From Candidatus Hermodarchaeota archaeon (GTDB lineage Archaea; Asgardarchaeota; Heimdallarchaeia; Hodarchaeales; Hodarchaeaceae): a stretch of DNA of 32,000 bases. How positions within the stretch are numbered: position 1 is the first letter of the stretch; each line of letters opens with the position of its first letter. The notes under the pieces were generated by a model. That model had not been told where the DNA came from, did not search any database, and worked only from the letters and a program-made list of their open reading frames with translations. Of the stretch, positions 25,539 to 32,000 are shown piece after piece. The stretch is from positions 60,001 through 92,000 of the forward strand of contig JBHLKY010000019.1 in the NCBI GenBank assembly GCA_048886185.1. The letters are read 5' to 3'. Position numbers and translations under genes: made by a program.

Positions 25539-25981
25539 CACTTATCCCGCTACTCCATGCGAAATGAGAAATTTGTTTTTCATATTACATTTTCATTGAA
25601 AACACTAGCGACTTAAATACTCTATTCTGGGATGTCAAAGAAAATTCTCTCTTTTTTATCTAATACTGATTTTTAAAAAATAATCTTATCGGATTGTTGG
25701 CACACAGTTTGTGAGATTAGCTTTTGGGACCGATAAATTCATTATTTTTTCTACCATCGGAGAAGATGAGCACTCAAGTTTGTATGAATAGAGGTTCTAC
25801 TATTACTTCTTATATTAAATATTCTTCAATTTGTCTCTGCTTTGGTAAAATAGAACTTGAAAATTATTCCTAAAAATAGCTATGACCAGAACTCTGCAAA
25901 AATGAAAATAGTCTAAAATACTAAATGAGTTTCAAGGAAATTGCTCTTAAAGTTATAAATTTGGCGTATGAATGTCAAAAT

Positions 25982-26770
25982 CTATTTTAGAATCATCGGA
26001 GCTCCAATTAAAGCAAAATCTTCAGCGATTTTTGATACTTCAAGACGTAAGCCTTCAATATAGGTTTCATTACTCCATTGTTTAGGGAAAATCTCAAGAA
26101 GATTAGGTCTGATTCTCCGAATGCCTGGAATATTCTCCTCATATATATTATTTGGAGTTTCTATTGCGATTTCATTCACAAATATCTCATTAAAGAATTC
26201 TGAAATGAGAATTCTCATCTGAGTAGGAGAATAGTAAAATTCGCCATATTTTTCCGTCGCTTCCTTTAACATAACCAATGGTTCCTTGAGTGGTAAAATG
26301 AGTTGAGTTAATATTCTACCCCGTCCAAAAGCTCGGCTACTTTGTCCTTTATAATTTTCTTGAGCTTCTAGTGTATTGAAGGAAAATTCTAGAAGATTTT
26401 CACCAACAATCATAAAATCATAGGGAGGAGGAAATATGAATGGTTCTGTACTGAAGTGATTATTAAGCCATTTTTCCTCAGGAATAACAAGGCCAGTTAA
26501 AAACCTAGTATCTGTTGTTGTTGTTTTCTTCCGTACAGAAAATTTAGTCCAATATACCCCTACTCCATAAAGCAAGATATATGAAAGATTAAAAAGAATC
26601 AAACGTGAAAAATCTATAGGAACAAAAATTACACTGCTCTGCGAAATTGATTCAACTTCTTGATTTTTATAGAACCATCTCAAATCTCTTGGCTTCGTAG
26701 CCTCAGTAAAGGAAAGCCAATCTGTTATTACAATTAATGATCTTAAATTGCCGAAAGGTTGTTTTCGCAT
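25982..26770 (-). CDS. Hypothetical protein (262 aa)
   Basis: Long ORF with no competing overlap and protein-like composition. No recognisable family. Confidence 0.75.
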   Translation of the reverse strand: MRKQPFGNLRSLIVITDWLSFTEATKPRDLRWFYKNQEVESISQSSVIFVPIDFSRLILFNLSYILLYGVGVYWTKFSVRKKTTTTDTRFLTGLVIPEEKWLNNHFSTEPFIFPPPYDFMIVGENLLEFSFNTLEAQENYKGQSSRAFGRGRILTQLILPLKEPLVMLKEATEKYGEFYYSPTQMRILISEFFNEIFVNEIAIETPNNIYEENIPGIRRIRPNLLEIFPKQWSNETYIEGLRLEVSKIAEDFALIGAPMILK

Positions 26771-27108
26771 TATTATCCATCCTTATTGACATCTAGATCC
26801 AAATAATTATTAAATATTATATAAATTAGCCTTCTCGATTTAGAACTTTTTTTTTTCAAACAACAAGTTCATTCACATTATAGTTTTTGTGATAGCATTC
26901 TTGAATGTTGAGTTAAAAAGAGATCATGTCATAATCAAAATTAAACAACATAAATTTGAAACAACTGTTTCCAAGACAACCAACTTCTGAAATCATATTA
27001 ATTTTCATACCGTCCCCTCTTTATCCTTCCTATTAGCTTATTATGAGTTTAACTTGGTGAAAATTTGATCTCAACAATCAGAGAGAAGTTATCTGTCTTC
27101 AGGAATAC

Positions 27109-28026
27109 TCAAGTCATTATTTTTTGAATTATTCGACATGCTGAGCATTTAATTTCTGGGGAATAAGATGAACATAAACTACATCTGTGTACTAGCTCAA
27201 CTTGAGCTTTTCTTTTGGTTTCGTTTTTTATAGATGAAATAATGTTATAAAGAATACGTGGATCTTTTTCCCCAATTATAGATAGGAATGAGGTAATTTC
27301 CGATCGGAATGATCTTTCTGCAAAAATACATCGGACATTCAAAAATTGTAAATGGTTAATTTTTGAATATTTACTAATTGTGTTTTCAGAAACTTTTGAT
27401 AAGGGTTTAATTCTCAATGGTAATGATTTTCCATCAGCTGAAGTGTACTTAATTTTGTCACGATAAATTTTCCATGGATTGCCTCGAAGTATATTAAGGA
27501 GTATTGTTTCAGCCTCATCTTCGAGAGTATTTCCCAGTGCAATATAATCAGCTTTATTATCTAAAGCTAATCTCATAATACCATGACGACGTAATACGCC
27601 ACAAATAGTACATGGAGTATATCTTAATCCTTGTTTATCTGATTGATGAATCAAAGAAGGGAGAGAGTAATCAAATAATTCAGAATAAGATTTCTGAATA
27701 AAAGATACAGTAGAGTAACTCGATTTAAGCTGGTTTATGACCCTTTTCCGAGGCTGTTGAATTTCTGGGGTCTCTTCTTCGAGGATGATGGCAATTAACT
27801 TAGTAATTCGGAGCTTTCGCTTATATTTATGGAGAATATGAAGCATTGTAGTACTGTCTTTGCCCCCCGATAATGCAACACTAATAGAATGTCCTCGGAT
27901 ATATCTTGGAATATTATTTAGAATCCTTTTTTCAAACTTCCGAGAGTAACAATTAGGACAGAAGTATTGTGTGGAGGGAGGGAATTTTAATTGACCAAAT
28001 AAACCACAATCACACCAAGGACTCAT
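27109..28026 (-). CDS. PP-loop tRNA thiolase of the TtuA/Ncs6(CTU1)/TtcA family
   Basis: PP-loop VALSGGKDS, central PCTICGVLRR, RIKPL and a downstream Cys (VRCIFA). Terminal Zn-finger-like Cys sets (CDC...CPNC; CSLC...CSAC) favour TtuA/Ncs6 over TtcA. Confidence 0.88.
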   Translation of the reverse strand: MSPWCDCGLFGQLKFPPSTQYFCPNCYSRKFEKRILNNIPRYIRGHSISVALSGGKDSTTMLHILHKYKRKLRITKLIAIILEEETPEIQQPRKRVINQLKSSYSTVSFIQKSYSELFDYSLPSLIHQSDKQGLRYTPCTICGVLRRHGIMRLALDNKADYIALGNTLEDEAETILLNILRGNPWKIYRDKIKYTSADGKSLPLRIKPLSKVSENTISKYSKINHLQFLNVRCIFAERSFRSEITSFLSIIGEKDPRILYNIISSIKNETKRKAQVELVHRCSLCSSYSPEIKCSACRIIQKIMT

Positions 28027-28275
28027 GCAGTCTCATCTAAAAAAGTAGGTCAGTTGCCAGTTCTCATCATTTCCTTATTAATCATAATAAGGATCGGTCG
28101 GTAAAACCTTCGTCACACCACTAACTCAATAGATTTTTAACTATTTAATAATTGTCTTTTTAATTTCTGGAATGCTATTTAATTGATTTATTGTATTCCA
28201 AAACATACAAAATCCAATATGTTATTCTTAGGGATTTCAGTTTTTATTAGAAAGATAATCCCTACTCCTGCATTT

Positions 28276-31200
28276 CTAAATAATTTGTTGATTTAATTTT
28301 AAGAATTTGGCTTTCTCCTCTAATTTTTTAGCTTCATCATCATTACCCAAACCACTCAAACATTCTGACCAGATCTGATAGATCCTGAAATCTAATGGGT
28401 TGACTTGTTGAGCTTCTTTTAGTATTTGAACGGTTTTTTCAGGTTCTCTTTTATCTAAGTGAATTAATGCAGTTGCTAGCATACTATTTAATTCTGAAGG
28501 ATTAATGGAAATTGCTTTCTCAAACATTTCCTCTGCTTTAATATTATTCCCCTTTTGATTGTAAATAAATCCCAAAGCATGATAAACCTCTGGAGGTTGA
28601 GGATAATTTTCAATAATAGAGATAAACATCTCTAAATTACGTTCTAGAAAAAAATATGCCTCTTTTCTTATATTTACATTTGGGTTAGACAGTAAATCGA
28701 GTATCTTCATTGTAATTGGGGAATATCGTGAGAATGATAGGTTTATCTTTGTATCTAATAGTTGCCAAACTTGATCACGTACAAGTGGATTCTGATCTTC
28801 CAATTTGTTTATAATTTGATTGAAAATAGTTTCATGCTCCAAATCCTTGATGTTAATGCAAGATAATAAGAGAGAAACCGCTTTAGCCCTAGTATCATCA
28901 TATATGCTATTGAGGGAGGTTGTAATTACTGATAATATCTTTGAATCCAATTCTTTGATTTTAAATAAGTTATATTGAATGATGTTCCAAGAAATGGTTC
29001 GTATTTTAAAGGAATTATCGTTAACAGAAGTTAATATAGCTTCTTTAAGCTTGTTAAATTGTAATACTGAAAGATCAACGCGTTTATCAATTTCTATTAA
29101 TAATTTAATTCGAATTGATTCCTGTTGACGACGCATGAGGTTAACAATTCGTAGGGGTGTGCTTAATCCGATGTCACTTCTGAAAATTTCCATGAATCCA
29201 AATCTATCAATACCCTGCTTGATTTGATTTAATATTCTTTCTTTAAATTTAATTTCTATCTCATCTAATTGCGGATGATTGATCTTTTGAATAAAATCAA
29301 ATTTCCTTTCTAAATTTAACCACTTTTCTAGTCTTTTATCGTCATTAATACTATTAAAGAGAAACTCCTCTACATTAAACTCAAGAAGGTCTTTCTCTAG
29401 GCTTTCAAACAGAACATGAATCGGTTGAGATGAAGTATGAAAAGTTTGTGCGTTTTTACTAGTAGGTTCTCTTAATAGACCAATTATCATATTTTGGAAA
29501 TCTATTTCTTTTAATTCATTTCTACTATCTTCAATGAGAAAATGTATAAGAAATGGAATGAGCATTTCTTGCACATCCCATTGTCCTTCTTCAATTAATT
29601 GGGATATTAATTGTGGCTGAAGAAAATTCAGCAATCCTTGAGTTGTAAGAATGATTAATATTTTCTTTTTTAATTCCCTTGGGATATTCTTTTTGGAAAG
29701 GATTCGAATAAATTGGTCTAGAATAATTTCATTACCATTAATTAAATTATATTTATGATAAGTTTCACAAACAAAGATCGCAACTCTGGAATCGATGTCC
29801 TCAAGATTCTCTGAAAGTTGAAAGATAAATTCTGAAATATAAGAAAAAACTTCTTTGTTTCTTGTTACCAAATTCCAAGCCTTAGAAAGCACCTTGGAGT
29901 TTTCATCCTCCAAAAGGGTTGTGAAACTTAGAAGAATGATGTTCTGATTAGTTCTCCAAAATTCTATGTCCTCATGTAAAAATTCACAAGCTTTTAAACG
30001 TACATCTGGATTAGGATGATTGAATAATGTTATTAATTCAGAAATAAAAATCTGATACTGTTTATCTGATAGTTCTGTTTTCTTCAACAACAACCAAGCT
30101 TTTTCCCTTACATTATTATCGCTTTCACTGAGTAATTTTAAAATAGAACTAAATGTCGTTGGGAAATATTTATCATAATTAGGAACATTTAATAAACTTA
30201 GTAGGTTATTCAAGGCCTCATTACTGACCAATTTTTTCGGATCTTCTAATAACCAAATAATTTTTCTAAAAATGTCTTCTTTCCTCTCCTTAAATGCATC
30301 ATATCGTTTAGATATAATATTACAGGCAGTTCTCCTGACCTGTTCATGCATATCAGTAGTTTTTTCACTTATTTTTATCAATACATCTTTGAATTCGTCT
30401 TTATCTAAATCTAAATGATGGTTAAGTGATATAGCAGCGCTTTCTCTCACTTCCCAATTAGGGTCATCAAGGGCGGCCAATAAAGCTTCCACAGTAATTT
30501 TATTTTTTTGTTCCTTTAAGGATTGTAGAATTGGTAGTGTTTCGCAGATATTCTTTCTCACACGCCATTCTGGATGCCAAAATAATCCAATAACTTTATC
30601 CCAAGTTTCTTGATTATCTAGAAAGCCATATGTTACCATACTCTTTAGAGCGATTTTCTGGACACGCCATGATGGGTCCAATAACCTACATTCTAAGATC
30701 TTCCCAATATCATGTCTATATTGGTCAAAATTCAACATTTGATTCAATATTTCGCATGCTAATCGTCGAACCTCACGATTTTCATCCTTAGACAATATTG
30801 AAAAAACATCAATGGCTTGTGAAGAAAGAAAATGAGGTTTTTTCCAGAAAATCATACAAATTCCTTTTTTCACATCACTGTCCTGATTGACTAAGATCTC
30901 TAGAATCCCAGATAGAAGTTCGGGATATTTCTCACAAAGGTTCTTTAAAAGAAAGATAAGAACTCCTTGAGCAAAAATTGCATTACTAGTTAAAATTCCA
31001 TTTAAAATACTCTTCATGGATTCAGTTAACGGTAGTAAAAATAAAATCTTTGTGCATCGAAACCATAAATCTTGTTTTATTTCCTTATTATCAAATACTT
31101 TAACTAATAATTTCATAAGATGCTCTTTAGACTCTGAAGAATATTCAATATAAAAGCTCAGAACTTTTTCAGCCTGATTTCGAACATAATAATTTTCATG

Positions 31201-31344
31201 ATTTAATAAATTGAAAATTTTGTTAATAACTTCTTTATTAACTAATAGAGACTCATCGACAATACAGAAATCAAGCGCTTTCAATATCTGGTCAGAGGAT
31301 TCACTTGTTAGGTTTGTTAAAATTGTCTCTAGTAGCAAGATCAT
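28276..31344 (-). CDS. Large HEAT-repeat protein with C-terminal TPR motifs
   Basis: Many HEAT units (LLDPSWRVQKIAL, FWHPEWRVRKNIC, LDDPNWEVRESAA, HPNPDVRLKAC, EDQNPLVRDQVW). TPR tail (VYHALGFIYNQKGNNIKAEEMFEKAI). SD-like AAAGGA before the ATG. Confidence 0.88.
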   Translation of the reverse strand: MILLLETILTNLTSESSDQILKALDFCIVDESLLVNKEVINKIFNLLNHENYYVRNQAEKVLSFYIEYSSESKEHLMKLLVKVFDNKEIKQDLWFRCTKILFLLPLTESMKSILNGILTSNAIFAQGVLIFLLKNLCEKYPELLSGILEILVNQDSDVKKGICMIFWKKPHFLSSQAIDVFSILSKDENREVRRLACEILNQMLNFDQYRHDIGKILECRLLDPSWRVQKIALKSMVTYGFLDNQETWDKVIGLFWHPEWRVRKNICETLPILQSLKEQKNKITVEALLAALDDPNWEVRESAAISLNHHLDLDKDEFKDVLIKISEKTTDMHEQVRRTACNIISKRYDAFKERKEDIFRKIIWLLEDPKKLVSNEALNNLLSLLNVPNYDKYFPTTFSSILKLLSESDNNVREKAWLLLKKTELSDKQYQIFISELITLFNHPNPDVRLKACEFLHEDIEFWRTNQNIILLSFTTLLEDENSKVLSKAWNLVTRNKEVFSYISEFIFQLSENLEDIDSRVAIFVCETYHKYNLINGNEIILDQFIRILSKKNIPRELKKKILIILTTQGLLNFLQPQLISQLIEEGQWDVQEMLIPFLIHFLIEDSRNELKEIDFQNMIIGLLREPTSKNAQTFHTSSQPIHVLFESLEKDLLEFNVEEFLFNSINDDKRLEKWLNLERKFDFIQKINHPQLDEIEIKFKERILNQIKQGIDRFGFMEIFRSDIGLSTPLRIVNLMRRQQESIRIKLLIEIDKRVDLSVLQFNKLKEAILTSVNDNSFKIRTISWNIIQYNLFKIKELDSKILSVITTSLNSIYDDTRAKAVSLLLSCINIKDLEHETIFNQIINKLEDQNPLVRDQVWQLLDTKINLSFSRYSPITMKILDLLSNPNVNIRKEAYFFLERNLEMFISIIENYPQPPEVYHALGFIYNQKGNNIKAEEMFEKAISINPSELNSMLATALIHLDKREPEKTVQILKEAQQVNPLDFRIYQIWSECLSGLGNDDEAKKLEEKAKFLKLNQQII

Positions 31345-31391
31345 TAATTCCTTTACTCTTGTCGAATCATGGATGAAAAGATTGTTTCTTC

Positions 31392-31928
31392 TTAAAATAA
31401 ACTAACTTGATTTGATATAGAAATTATTTGATCAAAAATGGTTGATGTTTCTTCTTGGAGTATTTTTTCTATCTCATTTGAAATTAGGATAAGTAAGGCT
31501 AATCCATTATCTAAAAAATCGATAAAACATATTTGATCCGTAACCTCAGTTGAAAAGAACCTTTTATCGTTACCTCCATCACTAAATACATGTTGGACAG
31601 ATGACTCAAATAATTTCCTTATTTGGATTGCAGACAATTTGCTTTTACTGTCTTTATTTTCATTTAGATGTAGTATTATACCCTCTTTTGTCATAATCTG
31701 AACTTGGGCGGATATGTTCGGGAGACTTTGAATAAACTCCTCTGATATTGAGTGTAACTCTGCATCAATACCTAAGATTTCAGCAAGGATTTTCCCTGTT
31801 ACTAAATATATCGATTCAGAAAATACTGTTGTTTTGTGAAAGCGTAAATTTTTAGAAATTTCAGTACAAAGATAACTCGAAATATCGTCAAAAATATTAT
31901 CAGCTAATCGTTCAGGAAGAAGATCCAT
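31392..31928 (-). CDS. Hypothetical protein, C-terminal half possibly roadblock/profilin-like
   Basis: Pattern ISAQVQIMTKEGIILH, helix, then ICFIDFLDNGLALLILIS and a terminal helix resembles the roadblock/LAMTOR fold topology. Judged by eye only. Confidence 0.5.
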   Translation of the reverse strand: MDLLPERLADNIFDDISSYLCTEISKNLRFHKTTVFSESIYLVTGKILAEILGIDAELHSISEEFIQSLPNISAQVQIMTKEGIILHLNENKDSKSKLSAIQIRKLFESSVQHVFSDGGNDKRFFSTEVTDQICFIDFLDNGLALLILISNEIEKILQEETSTIFDQIISISNQVSLF

Positions 31929-32000
31929 TTTATGTAGAAGAATGTGAATTTTTGCGTTCGGGCTAAAATGAGTGAGTTTTTCTAATGAAAGTTCAAAATA

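Noticed and set aside
26847-26856. T10 homopolymer as a terminator
   Set aside because: It is on the plus strand while the flanking genes are on the minus strand, so it has no upstream gene to terminate.
31211-31405. 64-aa plus-strand ORF
   Set aside because: It is an antisense shadow of the HEAT-TPR gene and its upstream neighbour.
1-32000. CRISPR arrays, tRNA/rRNA genes, IS elements or prophage
   Set aside because: By eye I found no regularly spaced direct repeats, T-loop (GGTTCGAATCC-like) cloverleafs, transposase or integrase motifs, or terminal inverted repeats. tRNAscan-SE and CRISPR finders would be needed to confirm absence.

Overview
AT-rich, gene-dense archaeal DNA, most likely from an Asgard archaeon (Heimdallarchaeia/Hodarchaeales-like). 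This is inferred from the archaeal PoK/PPS CoA pathway occurring together with a Rab-like GTPase, longin/roadblock domains, and HEAT and TPR scaffolds. From left to right the window holds: a decayed response-regulator receiver gene; a TauE/SafE permease; a five-gene CoA operon (coaBC-panE-pok-pps-panB); and a minus-strand run of Rab-like GTPase, longin-roadblock protein, membrane-anchored LbH acyltransferase, GNAT, M42 peptidase, HEAT+winged-helix-repeat protein and short XPF/ERCC4 nuclease. Next come an isopentenyl phosphate kinase fused to an MBL-fold hydrolase, two tandem 12-TM MFS transporters each fused to a C-terminal longin domain, a UbiA prenyltransferase and two further membrane-anchored LbH acyltransferases. 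The window ends with a class V PLP enzyme, a TPR protein, a TtuA/Ncs6-like thiolase, a large HEAT-TPR protein and hypotheticals. I saw no rRNA, tRNA, CRISPR array or transposase. The best candidates for undescribed biology are (i) MFS-longin 'transceptors' lying near a Rab-like GTPase/longin-roadblock pair, (ii) a possible isoprenoid/ether-lipid tailoring set (IPK-MBL fusion, UbiA, three TM-LbH paralogs), and (iii) a HEAT protein with UFL1/PCI-like winged-helix repeats linked to XPF. All domain calls come from motif recognition by eye; no searches were run.
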